64,000 nucleotides of DNA from Candidatus Entotheonellaceae bacterium. Its GTDB lineage: Bacteria > Tectomicrobia > Entotheonellia > Entotheonellales > Entotheonellaceae. Shown here one piece after another: positions 51,205 to 59,678 of the stretch (within the stretch, counting starts at the first letter, position 1; every line of letters starts with the position of its first letter). Location of the stretch: the NCBI GenBank assembly GCA_965238075.1, contig OZ250173.1, forward strand, positions 2,752,001-2,816,000, written 5' to 3'. The notes below the pieces were generated by a model that saw only the letters and a list, made by a program, of their open reading frames with translations, was not told where the DNA came from and searched no databases. The translations under genes were made by a program, and so were the position numbers.

Positions 51205-52699
51205 GAGCCACTTGCAGAATTGCGTGTACGAGTGGGATTTTCTTTCTCCGTGTCAAGCACGGGGCAGGCTCTGGGGCTGATTGGTGGACATTGGGGCCGC
51301 TTTCTGATTCTGTTGAGTTGTCAAACAACCGAATCAGGAGGAACGACCCCAATGGCCTTACGTGAGATACTATCGAGTTACTGGTCTTGCTTTCAAGCGC
51401 TGCTGTTCCCGCAGCTTGAGGAAACGATCGGGGCGCTGGGGGAACGCCATCAGCGCTTCGTCATGGTGCTCGAATGGGTGCGGGTGGAAACGCTGCTGCC
51501 GTACCAGCACCGGCGTCGCGGCTGTCCGCCAAGCGACCGCGCGGCCTTAGCCCGCGCCTTCATCGCCAAGGCCGTCTTCGCGCTGGTTAGCACCCGGATG
51601 TTGCTTGATCGTCTGCGCCACGACAGCACCCTGCGCCGGTTGTGCGGCTGGCGTAGCGTCAAGCACATTCCGAGCGAGGCGACGTTTTCACGTGCCTTTG
51701 CCGAATTTGCCGACAGCGCCTTGTCGAGCCACCTGCACGAGGCGCTGATCAAACGCACCCAGGGTGAGCGTCTGGCAGGCCATATTTCACGCGATTCGAC
51801 GGCGATTGAAGGGCGCGAGAGACCGACCCCGAAGGCACCGCAGCCGGCCAAGCCGAAGCGAGGGCGCGGGCGTCCGCGCAAGGGCGAGGAGCGTCTCACG
51901 GAGCCGCGCCGTCTGGAGCGCCAGCGCAACATGACCCTGCCGGAGATGCTCGCCGACTTGCCGTACGCCTGTGACATTGGCGTCAAGCGCGACGCCAAGG
52001 GCTATCAGACGTCATGGAGCGGCTACAAGTTGCATATTGACGCGGCCGACGGCGCCATCCCGGTCAGTTGCCTGCTTACCTCGGCGTCGCTGCACGACAG
52101 CCAAGTCGCCATCCCGCTGGCGACCCTGACGGTGGGGCGAGTCCGCAACCTGTATGACCTGATGGACAGCGCCTACGATGCCCCGGAAATCCGCGCCCAC
52201 AGCCGCGCCCTGGGTCATGTTGCGATCATCGACGTCAACCCCCGCAGCGGCGCGCGCAAGCAGGCGCTGCGGCAGGAGACGCAGGCACGGCGTGCCTGTG
52301 GGTTGGTCCTGTCTGAGGAGAGACGTTACCACGAACGCTCGACCGTCGAGCGTGTCAATGGTCGCCTCAAGGATGAATTCGGAGGTCGCAGCGTGCGCGT
52401 GCGCGGCCATGCCAAGGTGCTGTGTCATCTGATGTTCGGGATTGTGGCGCTCACGGTTGATCAGTTGATGCGCTTGGTGACCTGAAGCTGGTCTCGCGGC
52501 CCCGTTTCCTCCATCCCGGCACGCACTGCTGTCCTGTACGCAGGGGGAGAGTTGCGTCCGCATCGCAAGACGGGAGCCGGAACTCGGCACCGCCATGGCT
52601 GAATTCGTGGCAGTTGGAACCACCGACGGCAAATGATTCACCGTACGGTCTCATGACAACCGCTCCGAGGCCAAACTAGCGGAGTTTTGCAAGTGGCTC
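51205..52699 (+). mobile_element. Complete IS (IS5/IS1182-like), 1495 bp
   Basis: IRs GAGCCACTTGCA(G/A)AA; ATGC duplicated at 51201-51204 and 52700-52703. Confidence 0.9.
51352..52485 (+). CDS. DDE transposase
   Basis: PSEATFSR, SRDSTAI, GYKLH, MDSAYD, RSTVERVNGRLK. Confidence 0.92.
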   Translation: MALREILSSYWSCFQALLFPQLEETIGALGERHQRFVMVLEWVRVETLLPYQHRRRGCPPSDRAALARAFIAKAVFALVSTRMLLDRLRHDSTLRRLCGWRSVKHIPSEATFSRAFAEFADSALSSHLHEALIKRTQGERLAGHISRDSTAIEGRERPTPKAPQPAKPKRGRGRPRKGEERLTEPRRLERQRNMTLPEMLADLPYACDIGVKRDAKGYQTSWSGYKLHIDAADGAIPVSCLLTSASLHDSQVAIPLATLTVGRVRNLYDLMDSAYDAPEIRAHSRALGHVAIIDVNPRSGARKQALRQETQARRACGLVLSEERRYHERSTVERVNGRLKDEFGGRSVRVRGHAKVLCHLMFGIVALTVDQLMRLVT

Positions 52700-53066
52700 A
52701 TGCGTCGTTTCCTTACGCTCCCAAGAGCGGTTCAAGACTGATTAACACCATACAAGGCTGCCGTATCGTTATTACCGTCGCATGCCGGAATCCAGCGACC
52801 CCGGAGCCAATCCGGGGCAGGCTTCCCACCGCGTCAGAGTTCAGAGTAGCATATCAATTTGGCCTATCATCTGCTTTGGTTCGAGACCAACTTCTTTGCC
52901 GGCCGCGCGACCTATCCTATCAGGGCTTGGACTGCCCGTCACTTGGCGACCTTGATAGGTACGACCGCAAAGCGCCACGAAACCCAGGCGATAAACCGCC
53001 CCCACGGGTTCGCGCCGCCCCGTGGAAATTTTGCGACGTCACGGAAAAAGTACGACAGCGCCAGGG

Positions 53067-53334
53067 GTCGGGTAAGGAGGCGTCATCGCTGTACCCCCCA
53101 AGGTAGGGTCGAAAGCTGGCGCGGTGGCCACAGGGTCGGGGAGTCGCGGTTGGCCGGAGTTTCGCCATCTTCCGGTGCCTCAGTCCGTCCCTTAACCCCG
53201 TCCCCAGCTTCCGCCACGTCGTACGCAGCATGCGGATTTCCCACAGCCGAGGTTCCTTATAGGGAATCACTCACAAGGTGCGACTTCAGGTCGTCGCACG
53301 AAGCGCATATGAGAGCCGTCACGCGTTCGGCTCT
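53067..53334 (-). mobile_element. Group II intron relics (internally deleted intron, possibly nested in a second intron 3' end)
   Basis: GTGCG 5' end at 53299; GGGAAATCCGCATGCTGCG...ACCGCGCCAGCTTTCGACCCTAC DV/DVI-like end at about 53103; second DVI-like ...CTCCTTACCCGAC at 53067. Confidence 0.65.
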
Positions 53335-53338
53335 GGAT

Positions 53339-53427
53339 GTAGGTCGGGTTAGCCGCAGGCGTAACCCGACATTCCGACGCGCTGTCCCCCGACCTCTGTC
53401 GGATTACGCTACGCTAATCCGACCTAC
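53339..53427. repeat. Inverted pair of GTAG-family REP elements
   Basis: GTAGGTCGGGTTAGCCGCAGGCGTAACCCGACA and TGTCGGATTACGCTACGCTAATCCGACCTAC. Confidence 0.8.
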
Positions 53428-53769
53428 GGTTATACCGGTGCCGGGTTTGATCCCGGATCAAAGCCTGCCCCCGACTTGAATAGGGGGCCAGCGGTGATTC
53501 CTCCAGTCGGGTGAGGCCATATGCGCTTACCCTGATCCGTTGGGTGACGTGTTTGCGCTTTACCATTGGGTGTACTTCTCTCATTGAGTTATTCACCCGT
53601 GAGTGGGGTCACGCGATGAACGATGCGCAACGCAACCTGCTTGCCAAATCCCTGGCCGACATTGCCAAGGGTGTCTTTATTGCTGCCCCTATCGCCCGCG
53701 GCACAGGCAAGATAACCCCGTGGGTGGGCCTGGCCGTCGTGGGTGGCGCAATGGGCTGCTACGTTAGTG

Positions 53770-55099
53770 CTGAGGTTTTGCAATCTGGCCTGACTATCGT
53801 AGAGTACGCGCCCTTTTCTTCCTACCTTCCAAGACTTCCGCAGGAGGCTCTCTTATGCCGACGACTGTGGACTTCCCAACCCTTGTGAAACAAGCATTGG
53901 CCCTTTTCGGCGATGTCTTTGACAACGAACCCGCCCGGCGGCATTTTGCTGAGTATCTCACCGGTTTGATGGTGGCAGAGCGTAAAAACATCAGCGCCAT
54001 CAATCGCCTATTTGCCGTTACGACGGATCAATCCTGCCTCAATCGCTGGCTGGTCGAGGCGTCTTGGGACGCGGCGGTGCTCAACGACCGCCGTCTGGCC
54101 TGGTTGCAGGACAACCCGAAGACCCGCTACAGCCCTCACGGCGTCATTGCCATTGATAATACCCTGGTCGATCACAGCGGCAAGCTCATTGAGGACGTGG
54201 GCTGGTTGTGGGACCATGCCCAGCAGCGCCACGTCATCGCCCACGACTACCTGATTTCCAACTACGTCTGTCCCTCAGGCAGTCATTATCCGATCGAGTG
54301 GCGGAGGTTCAGGAAAAAGGACAGCTGCCCGTCCGAGGACTTCAAGGATCACACGACGCTGTGCCTCGACTTGATTGACGATGCCCTGGCACGGGACATT
54401 CCCGGCGATTTCACCTTTGACAGCTATTTTACCCACGCCAAGATACTGAACCATATCCATGCGAAACAGCGTCACTACGTGGGGGCTCTGAAGCTTAACC
54501 GCAAGGTGGTCTTTGAGGGCCGAGAACAGAAGCTGCAAGAGGTGGCTAGCCAGATACCCTTTAGAGACAAGAAAGCGGTGCGTGCGGGCAAGCGCTGCTA
54601 CTGGTATTTCAGCAAACGGATGCGCCTTGCGACAGTGAGTCATCCGGTTCGCATCGTGTTGTTTTGGAAGGACCGTTTTGCGACTGAGGCGAGCAAGGCC
54701 TTGGTGAGCAACCGGGTGGTTTGGGAGGTACTTCGCATGTTGAGGGTGTACCGCCATCGTTGGACGGGCACCGAGACCTTTCATCGGGATGGCAAGCAGC
54801 AATTGGGGCTAGGAGATTGTCAGGTGCGCAGCGGCAAGGGCCAGACCCGCCACGTGTATCTTGTCAGCGCCGCGTACAGTCTTCTGATGCACGCCATGCA
54901 CGCGAGCAGTCCGCATGAATGGACTCGTCGAACGCTGACGACGATTGGCGAAGCCTGTCGGGCGGTGAAGGGAGAACTTCTCGAACGCTTGGTGGACTGG
55001 ATCGTGGACAAACTAAGCGATGACGACTGGTCCATGTCACAGATTAAGGCTGTCTTGGCTCAGGCGTGACCGGGTAGAAGGCAAAATGCAAAACTCCAG
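53770..55099 (+). mobile_element. Complete IS (IS701-like), 1330 bp
   Basis: IRs CTGAGGTTTTGCA / CTGGAGTTTTGCA; TTAGTG duplicated at 53764-53769 and 55100-55105. Confidence 0.88.
53855..55069 (+). CDS. DDE transposase (IS701/IS4-like)
   Basis: YLTGL...KN, AIDNT, FDSYF, YRHRW..ETFHRDGKQQLGL. Confidence 0.88.
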   Translation: MPTTVDFPTLVKQALALFGDVFDNEPARRHFAEYLTGLMVAERKNISAINRLFAVTTDQSCLNRWLVEASWDAAVLNDRRLAWLQDNPKTRYSPHGVIAIDNTLVDHSGKLIEDVGWLWDHAQQRHVIAHDYLISNYVCPSGSHYPIEWRRFRKKDSCPSEDFKDHTTLCLDLIDDALARDIPGDFTFDSYFTHAKILNHIHAKQRHYVGALKLNRKVVFEGREQKLQEVASQIPFRDKKAVRAGKRCYWYFSKRMRLATVSHPVRIVLFWKDRFATEASKALVSNRVVWEVLRMLRVYRHRWTGTETFHRDGKQQLGLGDCQVRSGKGQTRHVYLVSAAYSLLMHAMHASSPHEWTRRTLTTIGEACRAVKGELLERLVDWIVDKLSDDDWSMSQIKAVLAQA

Positions 55100-55309
55100 T
55101 TAGTGCTCACAATTTGCTTGCCGGAGGTGGCTTTGCATAAAATGCCGCTGATTCACGGGACCTTTTGTGCAAGATGACTTCCTGCACAAAACCCGGTTGG
55201 ATATAGGCTTTCTCCGCCGAAGTCCGACAAACCCGGCACCAACCAAGCCGGAATACCGTCAGCCTGTGATACAATCTCTCGATTTTCACCATGCCGGGGG
55301 CCCCTCACC

Positions 55310-55723
55310 ATGCAGGACTGGATCAAAGAAAACAGCATTCCCATTACGATTGTCATCTCGACTGTCGTCGCCCTTGCCACAGTCTTGACCGTCATCCAGA
55401 CCTCCACCAATTCAATCCACTACCGACTCGACGACATGAACCACCGCCTGAACGACATCAGGGCCGAGATGAACCACCGCTTCGATGCCCAAGACAAGTA
55501 CATCAACCAGCGCTTCGACGCCGTAGACCACCGCTTCGATGCCCAAGACAAGTACATCAACCAACGCTTCGACGCCGTAGACCAACGCCTGGAGGGCCTG
55601 GAAAATGACGTCTCGGAACTCCGCCAACTCACCGTCAGCATCAGCGAACGCGTCTCCCACAACGAAGGACAAATCGACGTCATCAGGCAACAACTCCAGA
55701 CCGCCGACGCGCCCTCGCCCTGA
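55310..55723 (+). CDS. Membrane-anchored coiled-coil repeat protein (cassette passenger)
   Basis: N-terminal TM, then heptad-like repeats HRFDAQDKYINQRFDAVD x2. Confidence 0.75.
   Translation: MQDWIKENSIPITIVISTVVALATVLTVIQTSTNSIHYRLDDMNHRLNDIRAEMNHRFDAQDKYINQRFDAVDHRFDAQDKYINQRFDAVDQRLEGLENDVSELRQLTVSISERVSHNEGQIDVIRQQLQTADAPSP
55475..55582 (+). repeat. 54-bp in-frame tandem duplication
   Basis: Two copies differing at one synonymous site (CAG/CAA). Confidence 0.9.
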
Positions 55724-55835
55724 ACGCAGCGTAAGCTCACCCGACGTCCACAGGTCCTGACGGTAACCACGTCGGACACGACTGGCCTTTTGTGCAAAAC
55801 CGGCTCTCTGTGCAAAGCCGCCGGAGGTGACCGTC

Positions 55836-55940
55836 ATGACTGAGTTGGATGTGGTCGGCCTCGTCTTCTGTGCCCTGGTGATTGTTGGCCTTGTGTGGTC
55901 CATCATGGATGCCCGTAAGCGCAAAGCCAAATCCAAGTGA
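55836..55940 (+). CDS. 34-aa single-TM peptide
   Basis: GGAGG RBS; MTELDVVGLVFCALVIVGLVWSIMDARKRKAKSK. Confidence 0.6.
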   Translation: MTELDVVGLVFCALVIVGLVWSIMDARKRKAKSK

Positions 55941-56481
55941 TAGCCGGATCCACGGAAACGGGGTCACGCCGCCCCGTGGAAGTTTTGCGACGGTGCGAAA
56001 AAAGTGCTGAAAAAAGTGCTGAGGATGTTTGACATGCGCGACAATCCCGTATAGAAGGGACGTAAGCCAACAATTTAACAAGGCGTTGCACGCTGGGACG
56101 GGTCGCGTTCCGGCACCCGCTATGGGCCGCTGGCGCATGGCGGGTGGGCATGGTCGCAACTCTGGGATGGTCAACTCGGAAATTCTACCGCCATGTGGTC
56201 TATTGACGGTAGTATCCAAACCGTGGTAAATATGCCCACCTTGTTAACCGGACGCTAACACGAACCAAATGGCGGCGTACCGGAGGGCAACCTGGAAAGG
56301 CAGAGGGGGACAAGTCTTACAACGTGTTGCGATGCCAATAGCCAGGAACGCCGTAACACCCCAGCGTGCACCTCCGGTGCGGTACGATGGGTGTTGAAGG
56401 GTGACCATCGGGCAAGCTTGTAACGAGGTGCTGCCAACCTAAGGACCAACGTAACGTAGGCCACACAAAGGAGTCCAGTCC

Positions 56482-57972
56482 ATGACCTATGTATCTCGAG
56501 TACTCGTTCTACTGTTAGTAGGGCTTTTCATGATGAGCGCGTCGGCTTCGGCCGACGACCGGCTGACGGTTAGCGGTAACATGGATTTCCGTTTTCTCAT
56601 GTTGGAGAACTATTCCAATGCTGATCGCAACTACACGGACGCGGTGCTGGGGGGAGACGGTAACGTCCTTCAACAGCGGGGCGATGAGGATTCGCTGTCA
56701 TTTCTTCACCAGCGCCTCAATTTGAGGTTTTCGGTAGAGGCGTTGGAAAACACCAAGGTTGTTCTTCAGACGCACGTGGATAAGGCGTGGGGTCTACACA
56801 CCTACGAAATCGGCGTTGGCTCCTACAGTAGCGACAACTGGGCGGTTGAAGGGTACTGGTTGGAAGGCCTGATTCCAGGCACCGCGGCGAAGTTCGAGCT
56901 TGGTGTTCCTTATTTCGCTGCCGAGTCCGGCGGGTGGGCTGCAGCCAACAAGATTTTTAACACCGCTGCCCCCGGCGCAACCCTGAGCGCCCCGCTCGGT
57001 GACACGATCAGCACCTACACGTGGTTTTCGTGGATCGGGTCGGACCTTGACGGCTATCTTTCGGCCTACGGTGGCCAGGATGCTCATGGCGACGACTGGG
57101 CTCTCGGGACCCGTGCCACCTTCACGCTTGCGGAAGGTCTGGAGGCTGATTTAATTTATGCCTACCATTTCACGGAATGCGGTCGAATGGAGAGGGCAGC
57201 GCAAGAGACGCCCACGGGCTGTGATACGGGCGCTTTATACGGTTCGGGCAGCAATACCGCGCATGAGGAAAACCGCCACTGGATCGGCAGCACCGTGCGT
57301 TACGATTATGGCGATTTCAGCTTTTCGCCTACCCTGATCCTGTATATGGCCGATGATGAGCTGGCGGGGAAAACCGAGTCCATGCTGGTCGACGTGCGCG
57401 CCAGCTACGACATGGGCCCGCTGTCGCTTTCGGGCCGGTTTGTGTACACGCCGGGTAGTGGAGTCAACTCGGATGGCACACAGCGCACCGACAAGGACTA
57501 TGACGTGATCGGTGTCTGGGGCATCCCTCATGCTAGCCAGTGGTTTAGCTTGTTTGGCAATTCCTCCGGCAGTCCCACCTTTAACGACTTGGGGCCCCTG
57601 CTGGTCGGCGATTCCGTTCAGGGGAACATCAGGCACGAGAGCTTCGGTCTGGTGCACTTCGCCGCCAAGGCAGAATATACGCTGACCCCGCAGACGTCCA
57701 TTGGGGCGGCCTTGGGTCTCTTCAATACTGCCGAAGATACTTCAGGTATGCCGAGGGATTCGGCGCTGGCGGCTACCTACGCTGGTGGGTCGAACCTTGC
57801 GACCGAGGTCGACGTGTGGCTGCATTATAATCTCTACTCCAACACCACCATTTCCTTTTTCGTGGCTTATGCCATGATGGGCGACGCTCTGGACCTGACG
57901 ACGACGGATGGCACGACGTACGAATCCCAGGACGCGATGGGCGCCGGTGGCAGAGTGGTTTACAGCTTCTAA
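56482..57972 (+). CDS. Outer-membrane beta-barrel/porin-like protein
   Basis: Signal peptide, amphipathic beta-strand pattern, C-terminal VVYSF. Confidence 0.75.
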   Translation: MTYVSRVLVLLLVGLFMMSASASADDRLTVSGNMDFRFLMLENYSNADRNYTDAVLGGDGNVLQQRGDEDSLSFLHQRLNLRFSVEALENTKVVLQTHVDKAWGLHTYEIGVGSYSSDNWAVEGYWLEGLIPGTAAKFELGVPYFAAESGGWAAANKIFNTAAPGATLSAPLGDTISTYTWFSWIGSDLDGYLSAYGGQDAHGDDWALGTRATFTLAEGLEADLIYAYHFTECGRMERAAQETPTGCDTGALYGSGSNTAHEENRHWIGSTVRYDYGDFSFSPTLILYMADDELAGKTESMLVDVRASYDMGPLSLSGRFVYTPGSGVNSDGTQRTDKDYDVIGVWGIPHASQWFSLFGNSSGSPTFNDLGPLLVGDSVQGNIRHESFGLVHFAAKAEYTLTPQTSIGAALGLFNTAEDTSGMPRDSALAATYAGGSNLATEVDVWLHYNLYSNTTISFFVAYAMMGDALDLTTTDGTTYESQDAMGAGGRVVYSF

Positions 57973-57997
57973 TCTAACCCCCGCCAAGTAGGGTTCG

Positions 57998-58036
57998 ATG
58001 GCCGACGGCTTCCCCAGCCGTCGGCCATTGTTGTTT
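57998..58036 (+). terminator. Intrinsic terminator
   Basis: Perfect 13-bp stem ATGGCCGACGGCT/AGCCGTCGGCCAT followed by TGTTGTTT. Confidence 0.8.
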
Positions 58037-58048
58037 CAGCGCCTTGAT

Positions 58049-58079
58049 GTAGGTCGGATTACCGAAGCGTAATCCGACA
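58049..58079. repeat. GTAG-family REP
   Basis: GTAGGTCGGATTACCGAAGCGTAATCCGACA, same family as 53339. Confidence 0.8.
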
Positions 58080-58278
58080 TTCCATCATTCCATGCACCTT
58101 CCTCGAGCGCTACCCGAAGACTGGCCTCTCCTCACCTTCTTCAACCAACCACCGCGGTCTCACTTGGCCGGTGTCCTGCCAAGCGACCGCACACACAAAG
58201 ACGAGCCAAGGTTGACTTAGCAGCCCGTCTTCCGACACTATGTCCTACCGCAAAGCACCGACCCACAGGGGAAATACC

Positions 58279-58668
58279 ATGCCAACGGTTGATACGCTGA
58301 AACTCAAAACCAGGCTTTCGGAAAGCGGTATGCCTGAATCCCAGGCGCAGGTTCTTGTTGAAGAACTCGATGAGGCACTGAGCGCCGCGATTTCTCGTGA
58401 GACCGCGACAAAGGCTGACGTGGTCGAGTTGCGCGCCTTAATCCACGGCCTGGACGAACGACTCACTGAGTTCAAGACCGACAACGCAAAACAGCTCGAC
58501 GCACTCAGGAGCGATACCGGCAAACAACTCGACGCACTCAAGACCGATCCTGCCTCCATGAAGACTGAGATTCATGACATAAAAGGCGAGCTCAAGCTGT
58601 TGCGTTGGATGATTGGCGCTACGTTGACTATCACTATCGGCATTGGGGTCAGGTTACTGTTCATGTGA
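58279..58668 (+). CDS. DUF1640/CCDC90-like coiled-coil protein with C-terminal TM
   Basis: DTLK...GMPESQA...ATKAD; KQLDAL repeat; LLRWMIG TM. Confidence 0.75.
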   Translation: MPTVDTLKLKTRLSESGMPESQAQVLVEELDEALSAAISRETATKADVVELRALIHGLDERLTEFKTDNAKQLDALRSDTGKQLDALKTDPASMKTEIHDIKGELKLLRWMIGATLTITIGIGVRLLFM

Positions 58669-58913
58669 CCACGTGCCGAACACGCCAAAGACCGCAGAAC
58701 GTAGACCCAGGACTGCCAACACCGACTCTCCTGAGAATCCCGCCAGACATCCTGGAATTCTCTGAGCAAATGTCCTGTAACTACACACCCGCAGCAGTGC
58801 CATTTGGCCCTGGAGTACAAAATCCCGCGCCGTGCGTTTGCCCCCCCTTGGAGGGTACTGGTATCATCACTGCCGTCATGTGGAATTACCAACATTGTGA
58901 GAAGGACCGGGCC

Positions 58914-59627
58914 ATGAGAAATCGCGGATTGGCAATCGGGTTGGGTTGGTTGGCCGCCGTCCTGTTCTGTTGGCCGGGGATGTCGGATGCGGCCACGTAC
59001 CAGCTCCAGGTGGGCAGCGTTCCCGAGCATGTTTTCATGTACTTTGTGGAAGACCGTACGTTGCCGCGCATCGAGGCATATCTCGACGACACACGGCGTT
59101 CCAAATTTGTGCTATTCCGCGACCGGCAGCCGCGGCCGCTGGAACTCACGGGACCGGGGCAGTCGGTACCGTTCCCCGTCAATGTCACGCTCCCAAAGCG
59201 AAATGACCCGTGGGGCGTAACGACCTGGGACGGCGAAGCGGGGCAACTGGCGGTGTTTCGCATCCGTGGCATACAGAGCGATCACCAGAAGCTGAGGCGC
59301 GTGGCCGTGCAAACGGATGGGGTTCTGACCCGCTTTCCGGTGCGCGGCATTCCGGCGTCCCGATTGCAGCCCATGCAGGTGCCGGCAACGGCGGTGGGTT
59401 ATCTGACGCATGCCCTCGAAAGCGGCACGTTCCCGGTCTGGGTTGAACGGCGTGCGGTGTCCTACGACGGGCTGTCGGTGATCATCGGGAGGCACCATAA
59501 CGCGCAGGAATCCGATACGGTGTACCTGGTGGTGCGCATGCCGCAGGCGGGACAGGTGTACAAGGTCATACTGGGCTGGAAAACCGTGAAGCGAGAGGGT
59601 GGATATGCAAACATTCAGGGCAGGTGA
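58914..59627 (+). CDS. Secreted hypothetical protein
   Basis: Signal peptide MRNRGLAIGLGWLAAVLFC...SDA; AAGGA RBS. Confidence 0.65.
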   Translation: MRNRGLAIGLGWLAAVLFCWPGMSDAATYQLQVGSVPEHVFMYFVEDRTLPRIEAYLDDTRRSKFVLFRDRQPRPLELTGPGQSVPFPVNVTLPKRNDPWGVTTWDGEAGQLAVFRIRGIQSDHQKLRRVAVQTDGVLTRFPVRGIPASRLQPMQVPATAVGYLTHALESGTFPVWVERRAVSYDGLSVIIGRHHNAQESDTVYLVVRMPQAGQVYKVILGWKTVKREGGYANIQGR

Positions 59628-59678
59628 AATTAGAACAAAGGGCTGCGTCAGCCATGGCCGGCAGCAGGGGAGACGCGT

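Larger units (their letters stand above)
55129..55819. mobile_element. Non-autonomous passenger cassette (MIC/MITE-like), 691 bp
   Basis: 19-bp IRs matching 15/19 (GGCTTTGCA core); 9-bp TSD GCCGGAGGT at 55120-55128 and 55820-55828; no transposase. Confidence 0.8.
53616..55843 (+). pseudogene. Small membrane-protein gene interrupted by two insertions
   Basis: 53616-53769 + 55106-55128 + 55829-55843 rejoin in frame after removing both elements and one TSD copy each. Confidence 0.7.

Noticed and set aside
51203-51352. IS-derived N-terminal extension of the 61-aa gene (111-aa ORF)
   Set aside because: Open frame through the IS end with a non-ATG start and no clear RBS; probably incidental
52687-53479. 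ORFs of 116-206 aa
   Set aside because: They run across intron relics and REPs; not credible proteins
55475-55582. Tandem repeats as a CRISPR array
   Set aside because: Contiguous in-frame coding repeats with no spacers and no cas genes
58605-58913. N-terminal extension of the 340-aa ORF
   Set aside because: Overlaps the upstream gene; RBS and signal peptide point to ATG 58914
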